Shown here one piece after another: positions 28,850 to 45,100 of a stretch of 64,000 nucleotides of DNA. The stretch's first letter is position 1. Each line of letters starts with the position of its first letter. The DNA comes from Eledone cirrhosa (lineage: Eukaryota): NCBI GenBank assembly GCA_964016885.1, contig OZ024740.1, forward strand, positions 46,500,001 to 46,564,000, in the 5' to 3' direction. The notes below the pieces were generated by a model. That model made no database searches. It was not told the origin of the DNA and saw nothing but the letters and a program-made list of their open reading frames with translations. Position numbers and translations under genes: made by a program.

Positions 28850-31800
28850 AACAGAATTACAATGTAAACTCTACTATAGTCACAACCCAGTCTAACAGAA
28901 TTACAATGTAACCTCTACTATAGTCACAACCCAGCCTAACAGAATTACAATGTAACCTCTACTATAGCCACAACCTAGCCTAACAGAATTACAATGTAAC
29001 CTCTACTATAGCCACAACCTAGCCTAACAGAATTACAATGTAACCTCTACTATAGCCACAACCCAGTCTAGCAGAATTACAATGTAACCTCTACTATAGC
29101 CACAACCTAGTCTAACAGAATTACAATGTAACCTCTACTATAGTCACAACCCATGTGTAACAGAATTACAATGTAACCTCTACTATAGCCACAAACCAGT
29201 CTATCAGAATTACAATGTAACCTCTACTATAGCCACAACCCAGCCTAACAGAATTACAATGTAACCTCTACTATAGCCACAACCTAGCCTAACAGAATTA
29301 CAATGTAACCTCTACTATAGCCACAACCCAGCCTAACAGAATTACAATGTAACCTCTACTATAGCCACAACCTAGCCTAACAGAATTACAATGTAACCTC
29401 TACTATAGCCACAAACCAGTCTATCAGAATTACAATGTAACCTCTACTATCGCCACAACCCAGCCTAACAGAATTACAATGTAACCTCTACTATAGCCAC
29501 AACCTAGCCTAACAGAATTACAATGTAACCTCTACTATAGCCACAACCCAGCCTAACAGAATTACAATGTAACCTCTACTATAGCCACAACGCAGTCTAT
29601 CAGAATTACAATGTAACCTCTACTATAGCCACAACCCAGTATAGCAGAATTACAATGTAACCTCTACTATAGCCACAACCCAGTCTAACAGAATTACAAT
29701 GTAACCTCTACTATAGCCACAACCCAGCCTAACAGAATTACAATGTAACCTCTACTATAGTCACAACCCAGCCTAACAGAATTACAATGTAACCTCTACT
29801 ATAGACACAACACAGTCTAGCAGAATTACAATGTAACCTCTACTATAGCCACAACCTAGTCTAACAGAATTACAATGTAAACTCTACTATAGCCACAACC
29901 TAGCCTAACAGAATTACAATGTTTAACTCTACTATAGTCACAACCCGGTCTAACAGAATTACAATGTAACCTCTACTATAGTCACAACCCAGCCTAACAG
30001 AATTACAATGTAACCTCTACTATAGCCACAACCTAGCCTAACAGAATTACAATGTAACCTCTACTATAGCCACAACCTAGCCTAACAGAATTACAATGTA
30101 ACCTCTACTATAGCCACAACCTAGCCTAACAGAATTACAATGTAACCTCTACTATAGCCACAACCTAGCCTAACAGAATTACAACGTAACCTCTACAATA
30201 GCCACAACCTAGCCTAACAGAATTACAATGTAACCTCTACTATAGCCACAACCTAGCCTAACAGAATTACAATGTAACCTCTACTATAGCCACAACCTAG
30301 CCTAACAGAATTACAATGTAACCTCTACTATAGCCACAACCTAGCCTAACAGAATTACAATGTAAACTCTACTATAGTCACAACCCAGTCTAACAGAATT
30401 ACAATGTAACCTCTACTATAGTCACAACCCAGCCTAACAGAATTACAATGTAACCTCTACTATAGCCACAACCTAGCCTAACAGAATTACAATGTAACCT
30501 CTACTATAGCCACAACCTAGCCTAACAGAATTACAATGTAACCTCTACTATAGCCACAACCCAGTCTAGCAGAATTACAATGTAACCTCTACTATAGCCA
30601 CAACCTAGTCTAACAGAATTACAATGTAACCTCTACTATAGTCACAACCCATGTGTAACAGAATTACAATGTAACCTCTACTATAGCCACAAACCAGTCT
30701 ATCAGAATTACAATGTAACCTCTACTATAGCCACAACCCAGCCTAACAGAATTACAATGTAACCTCTACTATAGCCACAACCTAGCCTAACAGAATTACA
30801 ATGTAACCTCTACTATAGCCACAACCCAGCCTAACAGAATTACAATGTAACCTCTACTATAGCCACAACCCAGTCTATCAGAATTACAATGTAACCTCTA
30901 CTATAGCCACAACCCAGTCTAGCAGAATTACAATGTAACCTCTACTATAGCCACAACCCAGTCTAACAGAATTACAATGTAACCTCTACTATAGCCACAA
31001 CCCAGCCTAACAGAATTACAATGTAACCTCTACTATAGTCACAACCCAGCCTAACAGAATTACAATGTAACCTCTACTATAGCCACAACCCAGTCTAGCA
31101 GAATTACAATGTAACCTCTACTATAGCCACAACCTAGTCTAACAGAATTACAATGTAAACTCTACTATAGCCACAACCTAGCCTAACAGAATTACAATGT
31201 AAACTCTACTATAGTCACAACCCAGTCTAACAGAATTACAATGTAACCTCTACTATAGTCACAACCCAGCCTAACAGAATTACAATGTAACCTCTACTAT
31301 AGCCACAACCTAGCCTAACAGAATTACAATGTAACCTCTACTATAGCCACAACCTAGCCTAACAGAATTACAATGTAACCTCTACTATAGCCACAACCTA
31401 GCCTAACAGAATTACAATGTAAACTCTACTATAGTCACAACCCAGTCTAACAGAATTACAATGTAACCTCTACTATAGTCACAACCCAGCCTAACAGAAT
31501 TACAATGTAACCTCTACTATAGCCACAACCTAGCCTAACAGAATTACAATGTAACCTCTACTATAGCCACAACCTAGCCTAACAGAATTACAATGTAACC
31601 TCTACTATAGCCACAACCCAGTCTAGCAGAATTACAATGTAACCTCTACTATAGCCACAACCTAGTCTAACAGAATTACAATGTAACCTCTACTATAGTC
31701 ACAACCCATGTGTAACAGAATTACAATGTAACCTCTACTATAGCCACAAACCAGTCTATCAGAATTACAATGTAACCTCTACTATAGCCACAACCCAGCC

Positions 31801-33950
31801 TAACAGAATTACAATGTAACCTCTACTATAGCCACAACCTAGCCTAACAGAATTACAATGTAACCTCTACTATAGCCACAACCCAGCCTAACAGAATTAC
31901 AATGTAACCTCTACTATAGCCACAACCTAGCCTAACAGAATTACAATGTAACCTCTACTATAGCCACAAACCAGTCTATCAGAATTACAATGTAACCTCT
32001 ACTATCGCCACAACCCAGCCTAACAGAATTACAATGTAACCTCTACTATAGCCACAACCTAGCCTAACAGAATTACAATGTAACCTCTACTATAGCCACA
32101 ACCCAGCCTAACAGAATTACAATGTAACCTCTACTATAGCCACAACGCAGTCTATCAGAATTACAATGTAACCTCTACTATAGCCACAACCCAGTATAGC
32201 AGAATTACAATGTAACCTCTACTATAGCCACAACCCAGTCTAACAGAATTACAATGTAACCTCTACTATAGCCACAACCCAGCCTAACAGAATTACAATG
32301 TAACCTCTACTATAGTCACAACCCAGCCTAACAGAATTACAATGTAACCTCTACTATAGACACAACACAGTCTAGCAGAATTACAATGTAACCTCTACTA
32401 TAGCCACAACCTAGTCTAACAGAATTACAATGTAAACTCTACTATAGCCACAACCTAGCCTAACAGAATTACAATGTTTAACTCTACTATAGTCACAACC
32501 CGGTCTAACAGAATTACAATGTAACCTCTACTATAGTCACAACCCAGCCTAACAGAATTACAATGTAACCTCTACTATAGCCACAACCTAGCCTAACAGA
32601 ATTACAATGTAACCTCTACTATAGCCACAACCTAGCCTAACAGAATTACAATGTAACCTCTACTATAGCCACAACCTAGCCTAACAGAATTACAATGTAA
32701 CCTCTACTATAGCCACAACCTAGCCTAACAGAATTACAACGTAACCTCTACAATAGCCACAACCTAGCCTAACAGAATTACAATGTAACCTCTACTATAG
32801 CCACAACCTAGCCTAACAGAATTACAATGTAACCTCTACTATAGCCACAACCTAGCCTAACAGAATTACAATGTAACCTCTACTATAGCCACAACCTAGC
32901 CTAACAGAATTACAATGTAAACTCTACTATAGTCACAACCCAGTCTAACAGAATTACAATGTAACCTCTACTATAGTCACAACCCAGCCTAACAGAATTA
33001 CAATGTAACCTCTACTATAGCCACAACCTAGCCTAACAGAATTACAATGTAACCTCTACTATAGCCACAACCTAGCCTAACAGAATTACAATGTAACCTC
33101 TACTATAGCCACAACCCAGTCTAGCAGAATTACAATGTAACCTCTACTATAGCCACAACCTAGTCTAACAGAATTACAATGTAACCTCTACTATAGTCAC
33201 AACCCATGTGTAACAGAATTACAATGTAACCTCTACTATAGCCACAAACCAGTCTATCAGAATTACAATGTAACCTCTACTATAGCCACAACCCAGCCTA
33301 ACAGAATTACAATGTAACCTCTACTATAGCCACAACCTAGCCTAACAGAATTACAATGTAACCTCTACTATAGCCACAACCCAGCCTAACAGAATTACAA
33401 TGTAACCTCTACTATAGCCACAACCCAGTCTATCAGAATTACAATGTAACCTCTACTATAGCCACAACCCAGTCTAGCAGAATTACAATGTAACCTCTAC
33501 TATAGCCACAACCCAGTCTAACAGAATTACAATGTAACCTCTACTATAGCCACAACCCAGCCTAACAGAATTACAATGTAACCTCTACTATAGTCACAAC
33601 CCAGCCTAACAGAATTATAATGTAACCTCTACTATAGCCACAACCCAGTCTAGCAGAATTACAATGTAAACTCTACTATAGCCACAACCTAGTCTAACAG
33701 AATTACAATGTAAACTCTACTATAGCCACAACCTAGCCTAACAGAATTACAATGTAAACTCTACTATAGTCACAACCCAGTCTAACAGAATTACAATGTA
33801 ACCTCTACTATAGTCACAACCCAGCCTAACAGAATTACAATGTAACCTCTACTATAGCCACAACCTAGCCTAACAGAATTACAATGTAACCTCTACTATA
33901 GCCACAACCTAGCCTAACAGAATTACAATGTAACCTCTACTATAGCCACA
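28850..33950. repeat. Tandem higher-order duplication, unit 2,555 bp
   Basis: CTATCGCC at 29451/32006, AACGCAG at 29592/32147, AGACACAACACAG at ~29805/32360. Ends approximate. Confidence 0.88.
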
Positions 33951-36150
33951 ACCTAGCCTAACAGAATTACAATGTAACCTCTACTATAGCCACAACCTAG
34001 CCTAACAGAATTACAATGTAACCTCTACTATAGCCACAACCTAGCCTAACAGAATTACAATGTAACCTCTACTATAGCCACAACCTAGCCTAACAGAATT
34101 ACAATGTAACCTCTACTATAGCCACAACCTAGCCTAACAGAATTACAATGTAACCTCTACTATAGCCACAACCTAGCCTAACAGAATTACAATGTAACCT
34201 CTACTATAGCCACAACACAGCCTAACAGAATTACAATGTAACCTCTACTATAGCCACAACCCAGCCTAACAGAATTACAATGTAACCTCTACTATAGCCA
34301 CAACCCAGCCTAACAGAATTACAATGTAACCTCTACTATAGCCACAACCCAGTCTAACAGAATTACAATGTAACCTCTACTATGGCCACAACCCAGCCTA
34401 ACAGAATTACAATGTAACCTCTACTATAGCCACAACCCAGCCTAAAAGAATTACAATGTAACCCCTACTATAGCCACAACCCAGTCTAACAGAATTACAA
34501 TGTAACCTCTACTATAGCCACAACCCAGTCTAACAGAATTACAATGTAACCTCTACTATAGCCACAACCCAACCTAACAGCAGAATTACAATGTAACCTC
34601 TACTATAGCCACAACCCAGCCTAACAGAATTACAATGTAACCTCTACTATAGCCACAACCCAGTCTAACAGAATTACAATGTAACCTCTACTATAGCCAC
34701 AACCCAGTCTAACAGAATTACAATGTAACCTCTACTATAGCCACAACCCAGTCTAACAGAATTACAATGTAACCTCTACTATAGCCACAACCCATTCTAA
34801 CAGAATTACAATGTAACCTCTACTATAGCCACAACCCAGTCTAGCAGAATTACAATGTAACCTCTACTAGAGCCACAACCCAGTCTAGCAGAATTACAAT
34901 GTAACCTCTACTATAGCCACAACCTAGCCTAACAGAATTACAATGTAACCTCTACTATAGCCACAACCTAGCCTAACAGAATTACAATGTAACCTCTACT
35001 ATAGCCACAACCTAGCCTAACAGAATTACAATGTAACCTCTACTATAGCCACAACCTAGCCTAACAGAATTACAATGTAAACTCTACTATAGTCACAACC
35101 CAGTCTAACAGAATTACAATGTAACCTCTACTATAGCCACAACCCAGTCTAACAGAATTACAATGTAACCTCTACTATAGCCACAACCTAGCCTAACATA
35201 ATTACAATGTAACCTCTACTATAGCCACAACCTAGCCTAACAGAATTACAATGTAACCTCTACTATAGCCACAACCTAGCCTAACAGAATTACAATGTAA
35301 CCTCTACTATAGCCACAACCTAGCCTAACAGAATTACAATGTAACCTCTACTATAGCCACAACCTAGCCTAACAGAATTACAATGTAAACTCTACTATAG
35401 TCACAACCCAGCCTAACAGAATTACAATGTAACCTCTACTATAGCCACAACCCAGTCTAACAGAATTACAATGTAACCTCTACTATAGCCACAACCTAGC
35501 CTAACAGAATTACAATGTAACCTCTACTATAGCCACAACCTAGCCTACCAGAATTACAATGTAACCTCTACTATAGCCACAACCTAGCCTAACAGAATTA
35601 CAATGTAAACTCTACTATAGTCACAACCCAGTCTAACAGAATTACAATGTAACCTCTACTATAGTCACAACCCAGCCTAACAGAATTACAATGTAACCTC
35701 TACTATAGCCACAACCTAGCCTAACAGAATTACAATGTAACCTCTACTATAGCCACAACCTAGCCTAACAGAATTACAATGTAACCTCTACTATAGCCAC
35801 AACCCAGTCTAGCAGAATTACAATGTAACCTCTACTATAGCCACAACCTAGTCTAACAGAATTACAATGTAACCTCTACTATAGTCACAACCCATGTGTA
35901 ACAGAATTACAATGTAACCTCTACTATAGCCACAAACCAGTCTATCAGAATTACAATGTAACCTCTACTATAGCCACAACCCAGCCTAACAGAATTACAA
36001 TGTAACCTCTACTATAGCCACAACCTAGCCTAACAGAATTACAATGTAACCTCTACTATAGCCACAACCCAGCCTAACAGAATTACAATGTAACCTCTAC
36101 TATAGCCACAACCCAGTCTATCAGAATTACAATGTAACCTCTACTATAGC

Positions 36151-39100
36151 CACAACCCAGTCTAGCAGAATTACAATGTAACCTCTACTATAGCCACAAC
36201 CCAGTCTAACAGAATTACAATGTAACCTCTACTATAGCCACAACCCAGCCTAACAGAATTACAATGTAACCTCTACTATAGTCACAACCCAGCCTAACAG
36301 AATTACAATGTAACCTCTACTATAGCCACAACCCAGTCTAGCAGAATTACAATGTAACCTCTACTATAGCCACAACCTAGTCTAACAGAATTACAATGTA
36401 AACTCTACTATAGCCACAACCTAGCCTAACAGAATTACAATGTAAACTCTACTATAGTCACAACCCAGTCTAACAGAATTACAATGTAACCTCTACTATA
36501 GTCACAACCCAGCCTAACAGAATTACAATGTAACCTCTACTATAGCCACAACCTAGCCTAACAGAATTACAATGTAACCTCTACTATAGCCACAACCTAG
36601 CCTAACAGAATTACAATGTAACCTCTACTATAGCCACAACCTAGCCTAACAGAATTACAATGTAACCTCTACTATAGCCACAACCTAGCCTAACAGAATT
36701 ACAATGTAACCTCTACTATAGCCACAACCTAGCCTAACAGAATTACAATGTAACCTCTACTATAGCCACAACCCAGTCTAACAGAATTACAATGTAACCT
36801 CTACTATAGCCACAACCCAGCCTAACAGAATTACAATGTAACCTCTACTATAGCCACAACCCAGCCTAAAAGAATTACAATGTAATCCCTACTATAGCCA
36901 CAACCCAGTCTAACAGAATTACAATGTAACCTCTACTATAGCCACAACCCAGTCTAACAGAATTACAATGTAACCTCTACTATAGCCACAACCCAACCTA
37001 ACAGCAGAATTACAATGTAACCACTACTATAGCCACAACCCAGCCTAACAGAATTACAATGTAACCTCTACTATAGCCACAACCCAGTCTAACAGAATTA
37101 CAATGTAACCTCTACTATAGCCACAACCCAGTCTAACAGAATTACAATGTAACCTCTACTATAGCCACAACCCAGTCTAACAGAATTACAATGTAACCTC
37201 TACTATAGCCACAACCCATTCTAACAGAATTACAATGTAACCTCTACTATAGCCACAACCCAGTCTAGCAGAATTACAATGTAACCTCTACTAGAGCCAC
37301 AACCCAGTCTAGCAGAATTACAATGTAACCTCTACTATAGCCACAACCTAGCCTAACAGAATTACAATGTAACCGCTACTATAGCCACAACCCAGTCTAA
37401 CAGAATTACAATGTAACCTCTACTATAGCCACAACCCAGTCTAACAGAATTACAATGTAACCTCTACTATAGCCACAACCCAGTCTAACAGAATTACAAT
37501 GTAACCTCTACTATAGCCACAACCCAACCTAACAGCAGAATTACAATGTAACCTCTACTATAGCCACAACCCAGTCTAGCAGAATTACAATGTAACCTCT
37601 ACTATAGCCACAACCCAGTCTAACAGAATTACAATGTAACCTCTACTATAGCCACAACCCAGCCTAACAGAATTACAATGTAACCTCTACTATAGTCACA
37701 ACCCAGCCTAACAGAATTACAATGTAACCTCTACTATAGCCACAACCCAGTCTAGCAGAATTACAATGTAACCTCTACTATAGCCACAACCTAGTCTAAC
37801 AGAATTACAATGTAAACTCTACTATAGCCACAACCTAGCCTAACAGAATTACAATGTAACCTCTACTATAGTCACAACCCAGCCTAACAGAATTACAATG
37901 TAACCTCTACTATAGCCACAACCTAGCCTAACAGAATTACAATGTAACCTCTACTATAGCCACAACCTAGCCTAACAGAATTACAATGTAACCTCTACTA
38001 TAGCCACAACCTAGCCTAACAGAATTACAATGTAACCTCTACTATAGCCACAACCTAGCCTAACAGAATTACAATGTAACCTCTACTATAGCCACAACCT
38101 AGCCTAACAGAATTACAATGTAACCTCTACTATAGCCACAACCTAGCCTAACAGAATTACAATGTAACCTCTACTATAGCCACAACCTAGCCTAACAGAA
38201 TTACAATGTAACCTCTACTATAGCCACAACCTAGCCTAACAGAATTACAATGTAACCTCTACTATAGCCACAACACAGCCTAACAGAATTACAATGTAAC
38301 CTCTACTATAGCCACAACCCAGCCTAACAGAATTACAATGTAACCTCTACTATAGCCACAACCCAGCCTAACAGAATTACAATATAACCTCTACTATAGC
38401 CACAACCCAGTCTAACAGAATTACAATGTAACCTCTACTATAGCCACAACCCAGCCTAACAGAATTACAATGTAACCTCTACTATAGCCACAACCCAGCC
38501 TAAAAGAATTACAATGTAATCCCTACTATAGCCACAACCCAGTCTAACAGAATTACAATGTAACCTCTACTATAGCCACAACCCAGTCTAACAGAATTAC
38601 AATGTAACCTCTACTATAGCCACAACCCAACCTAACAGCAGAATTACAATGTAACCTCTACTATAGCCACAACCCAGCCTAACAGAATTACAATGTAACC
38701 TCTACTATAGCCACAACCCAGTCTAACAGAATTACAATGTAACCTCTACTATAGCCACAACCCAGTCTAACAGAATTACAATGTAACCTCTACTATAGCC
38801 ACAACCCAGTCTAACAGAATTACAATGTAACCTCTACTATAGCCACAACCCATTCTAACAGAATTACAATGTAACCTCTACTATAGCCACAACCCAGTCT
38901 AGCAGAATTACAATGTAACCTCTACTAGAGCCACAACCCAGTCTAGCAGAATTACAATGTAACCTCTACTATAGCCACAACCTAGCCTAACAGAATTACA
39001 ATGTAACCGCTACTATAGCCACAACCCAGTCTAACAGAATTACAATGTAACCTCTACTATAGCCACAACCCAGTCTAACAGAATTACAATGTAACCTCTA

Positions 39101-42100
39101 CTATAGCCACAACCCAGTCTAACAGAATTACAATGTAACCTCTACTATAGCCACAACCCAACCTAACAGCAGAATTACAATGTAACCTCTACTATAGCCA
39201 CAACCCAGTCTAACAGAATTACAATGTAACCTCTACTATAGTCACAACCTAGCCTAACAGAATTACAATGTAACCTCTACTATAGCCACAACCCAGCCTA
39301 ACAGAATTACAATGTAACCTCTACTATAGCCACAACCCAGTCTAACAGAATTACAATGTAACCTCTACTATAGCCACAACCCAGTCTAACAGAATTACAA
39401 TGTAACCTCTACTATAGCCACAACCCAGTCTAACAGAATTACAATGTAACCTCTACTATAGCCACAACCTAGCCTAACAGAATTACAATGTAACCTCTAC
39501 TATAGCCACAACCTAGCCTAACAGAATTACAATGTAACCTCTACTATAGCCACAACCTAGCCTAACAGAATTACAATGTAACCTCTACTATAGCCACAAC
39601 CCAATCTAACAGAATTACAATGTAACCTCTACTATAGCCACAACCCAGTCTAACAGAATTACAATGTAACCTCTACTATAGTCACAACCCAGCCTAACAG
39701 AATTACAATGTAACCTCTACTATAGCCACAACCCATTCTAACAGAATTACAATGTAACCTCTACTATAGCCACAACCTAGCCTAACAGAATTACAATGTA
39801 ACCTCTACTATAGCCACAACCTAGCCTAACAGAATTACAATGTAACCTCTACTATAGCCACAACCCAATCTAACAGAATTACAATGTAACCTCTACTATA
39901 GCCACAACCCAGTCTAACAGAATTACAATGTAACCTCTACTATAGCCACAACCCAGTCTAACAGAATTACAATGTAACCTCTACTATAGCCACAACCCAT
40001 TCTAACAGAATTACAATGTAACCTCTACTATAGCCACAACCCAGTCTAGCAGAATTACAATGTAACCTCTACTAGAGCCACAACCCAGTCTAGCAGAATT
40101 ACAATGTAACCTCTACTATAGCCACAACCTAGCCTAACAGAATTACAATGTAACCGCTACTATAGCCACAACCCAGTCTAACAGAATTACAATGTAACCT
40201 CTACTATAGCCACAACCCAGTCTAACAGAATTACAATGTAACCTCTACTATAGCCACAACCCAGTCTAACAGAATTACAATGTAACCTCTACTATAGCCA
40301 CAACCCAACCTAACAGCAGAATTACAATGTAACCTCTACTATAGCCACAACCCAGTCTAGCAGAATTACAATGTAACCTCTACTATAGCCACAACCCAGT
40401 CTAACAGAATTACAATGTAACCTCTACTATAGCCACAACCCAGCCTAACAGAATTACAATGTAACCTCTACTATAGTCACAACCCAGCCTAACAGAATTA
40501 CAATGTAACCTCTACTATAGCCACAACCCAGTCTAGCAGAATTACAATGTAACCTCTACTATAGCCACAACCTAGTCTAACAGAATTACAATGTAAACTC
40601 TACTATAGCCACAACCTAGCCTAACAGAATTACAATGTAAACTCTACTATAGTCACAACCCAGTCTAACAGAATTACAATGTAACCTCTACTATAGTCAC
40701 AACCCAGCCTAACAGAATTACAATGTAACCTCTACTATAGCCACAACCTAGCCTAACAGAATTACAATGTAACCTCTACTATAGCCACAACCTAGCCTAA
40801 CAGAATTACAATGTAACCTCTACTATAGCCACAACCTAGCCTAACAGAATTACAATGTAACCTCTACTATAGCCACAACCTAGCCTAACAGAATTACAAT
40901 GTAACCTCTACTATAGCCACAACCTAGCCTAACAGAATTACAATGTAACCTCTACTATAGCCACAACCTAGCCTAACAGAATTACAATGTAACCTCTACT
41001 ATAGCCACAACCTAGCCTAACAGAATTACAATGTAACCTCTACTATAGCCACAACCTAGCCTAACAGAATTACAATATAACCTCTACTATAGCCACAACC
41101 CAGTCTAACAGAATTACAATGTAACCTCTACTATAGCCACAACCCAGCCTAACAGAATTACAATGTAACCTCTACTATAGCCACAACCCAGCCTAAAAGA
41201 ATTACAATGTAATCCCTACTATAGCCACAACCCAGTCTAACAGAATTACAATGTAACCTCTACTATAGCCACAACCCAGTCTAACAGAATTACAATGTAA
41301 CCTCTACTATAGCCACAACCCAACCTAACAGCAGAATTACAATGTAACCTCTACTATAGCCACAACCCAGCCTAACAGAATTACAATGTAACCTCTACTA
41401 TAGCCACAACCCAGTCTAACAGAATTACAATGTAACCTCTACTATAGCCACAACCCAGTCTAACAGAATTACAATGTAACCTCTACTATAGCCACAACCC
41501 ATTCTAACAGAATTACAATGTAACCTCTACTATAGCCACAACCCAGTCTAGCAGAATTACAATGTAACCTCTACTAGAGCCACAACCCAGTCTAGCAGAA
41601 TTACAATGTAACCTCTACTATAGCCACAACCTAGCCCAACAGAATTACAATGTAACCGCTACTATAGCCACAACCCAGTCTAACAGAATTACAATGTAAC
41701 CTCTACTATAGCCACAACCCAGTCTAACAGAATTACAATGTAACCTCTACTATAGCCACAACCCAGTCTAACAGAATTACAATGTAACCTCTACTATAGC
41801 CACAACCCAACCTAACAGCAGAATTACAATGTAACCTCTACTATAGCCACAACCCAGTCTAACAGAATTACAATGTAACCTCTACTATAGTCACAACCTA
41901 GCCTAACAGAATTACAATGTAACCTCTACTATAGCCACAACCCAGCCTAACAGAATTACAATGTAACCTCTACTATAGCCACAACCCAGTCTAACAGAAT
42001 TACAATGTAACCTCTACTATAGCCACAACCCAGTCTAACAGAATTACAATGTAACCTCTACTATAGCCACAACCCAGTCTAACAGAATTACAATGTAACC

Positions 42101-45100
42101 TCTACTATAGCCACAACCTAGCCTAACAGAATTACAATGTAACCTCTACTATAGCCACAACCTAGCCTAACAGAATTACAATGTAACCTCTACTATAGCC
42201 ACAACCTAGCCTAACAGAATTACAATGTAACCTCTACTATAGCCACAACCCAATCTAACAGAATTACAATGTAACCTCTACTATAGCCACAACCCAGTCT
42301 AACAGAATTACAATGTAACCTCTACTATAGTCACAACCCAGCCTAACAGAATTACAATGTAACCTCTACTATAGCCACGACCCAGCCTAACAGAATTACA
42401 ATGTAACGTCTACTATAGCCACAACCTAGCCTAACAGAATTACAATGTAACCTCTACTATAGCCACAACCTAGCCTAACAGAATTACAATGTAACCGCTA
42501 CTATAGCCACAACCCATTCTAACAGAATTACAATGTAACCTCTACTATAGCCACAACCCAGTCTAGCAGAATTACAATGTAACCTCTACTATAGCCACAA
42601 CCCAGTCTAACAGAATTACAATGTAACCTTTACTATAGCCACAACCCAGCCTAACAGAATTACAATGTAACCTCTACTATAGTCACAACCCAGCCTAACA
42701 GAATTACAATGTAACCTCTACTATAGCCACAACCCAGTCTAGCAGAATTACAATGTAACCTCTACTATAGCCACAACCTAGTCTAACAGAATTACAATGT
42801 AAACTCTACTATAGCCACAACCTAGCCTAACAGAATTACAATGTAAACTCTACTATAGTCACAACCCAGCCTAACAGAATTACAATGTAACCTCTACTAT
42901 AGTCACAACCCAGCCTAACAGAATTACAATGTAACCTCTACTATAGCCACAACCTAGCCTAACAGAATTACAATGTAACCTCTACTATAGCCACAACCTA
43001 GCCTAACAGAATTACAATGTAACCTCTACTATAGCCACAACCTAGCCTAACAGAATTACAATGTAACCTCTACTATAGCCACAACCTAGCCTAACAGAAT
43101 TACAATGTAACCTCTACTATAGCCACAACCTAGCCTAACAGAATTACAATGTAACCTCTACTATAGCCACAACCTAGCCTAACAGAATTACAATGTAACC
43201 TCTACTATAGCCACAACCTAGCCTAACAGAATTACAATGTAACCTCTACTATAGCCACAACCTAGCCTAACAGAATTACAATGTAACCTCTACTATAGCC
43301 ACAACACAGCCTAACAGAATTACAATGTAACCTCTACTATAGCCACAACCCAGCCTAACAGAATTACAATGTAACCTCTACTATAGCCACAACCCAGCCT
43401 AACAGAATTACAATATAACCTCTACTATAGCCACAACCCAGTCTAACAGAATTACAATGTAACCTCTACTATAGCCACAACCCAGCCTAACAGAATTACA
43501 ATGTAACCTCTACTATAGCCACAACCCAGCCTAAAAGAATTACAATGTAATCCCTACTATAGCCACAACCCAGTCTAACAGAATTACAATGTAACCTCTA
43601 CTATAGCCACAACCCAGTCTAACAGAATTACAATGTAACCTCTACTATAGCCACAACCCAACCTAACAGCAGAATTACAATGTAACCTCTACTATAGCCA
43701 CAACCCAGCCTAACAGAATTACAATGTAACCTCTACTATAGCCACAACCCAGTCTAACAGAATTACAATGTAACCTCTACTATAGCCACAACCCAGTCTA
43801 ACAGAATTACAATGTAACCTCTACTATAGCCACAACCCAGTCTAACAGAATTACAATGTAACCTCTACTATAGCCACAACCCATTCTAACAGAATTACAA
43901 TGTAACCTCTACTATAGCCACAACCCAGTCTAGCAGAATTACAATGTAACCTCTACTAGAGCCACAACCCAGTCTAGCAGAATTACAATGTAACCTCTAC
44001 TATAGCCACAACCTAGCCTAACAGAATTACAATGTAACCGCTACTATAGCCACAACCCAGTCTAACAGAATTACAATGTAACCTCTACTATAGCCACAAC
44101 CCAGTCTAACAGAATTACAATGTAACCTCTACTATAGCCACAACCCAGTCTAACAGAATTACAATGTAACCTCTACTATAGCCACAACCCAACCTAACAG
44201 CAGAATTACAATGTAACCTCTACTATAGCCACAACCCAGTCTAGCAGAATTACAATGTAACCTCTACTATAGCCACAACCCAGTCTAACAGAATTACAAT
44301 GTAACCTCTACTATAGCCACAACCCAGCCTAACAGAATTACAATGTAACCTCTACTATAGTCACAACCCAGCCTAACAGAATTACAATGTAACCTCTACT
44401 ATAGCCACAACCCAGTCTAGCAGAATTACAATGTAACCTCTACTATAGCCACAACCTAGTCTAACAGAATTACAATGTAAACTCTACTATAGCCACAACC
44501 TAGCCTAACAGAATTACAATGTAAACTCTACTATAGTCACAACCCAGTCTAACAGAATTACAATGTAACCTCTACTATAGTCACAACCCAGCCTAACAGA
44601 ATTACAATGTAACCTCTACTATAGCCACAACCTAGCCTAACAGAATTACAATGTAACCTCTACTATAGCCACAACCTAGCCTAACAGAATTACAATGTAA
44701 CCTCTACTATAGCCACAACCTAGCCTAACAGAATTACAATGTAACCTCTACTATAGCCACAACCTAGCCTAACAGAATTACAATGTAACCTCTACTATAG
44801 CCACAACCTAGCCTAACAGAATTACAATGTAACCTCTACTATAGCCACAACCTAGCCTAACAGAATTACAATGTAACCTCTACTATAGCCACAACCTAGC
44901 CTAACAGAATTACAATGTAACCTCTACTATAGCCACAACCTAGCCTAACAGAATTACAATGTAACCTCTACTATAGCCACAACACAGCCTAACAGAATTA
45001 CAATGTAACCTCTACTATAGCCACAACCCAGCCTAACAGAATTACAATGTAACCTCTACTATAGCCACAACCCAGCCTAACAGAATTACAATATAACCTC

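Larger units (their letters stand above)
1..36150. repeat. Array domain I (variants CATGTGTAAC, AAACCAGTCTATC, ATGTTTAAC/CCCGGTC, CTATGGCC)
   Basis: CCCATGTGTAAC recurs from ~1790 to ~35893, TCTATCAG is last seen at ~36121 and CTATGGCC occurs at 281, 5172, 12750, 14733, 19624, 25000 and 34384. None of these was seen further right. Boundary approximate. Confidence 0.85.
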
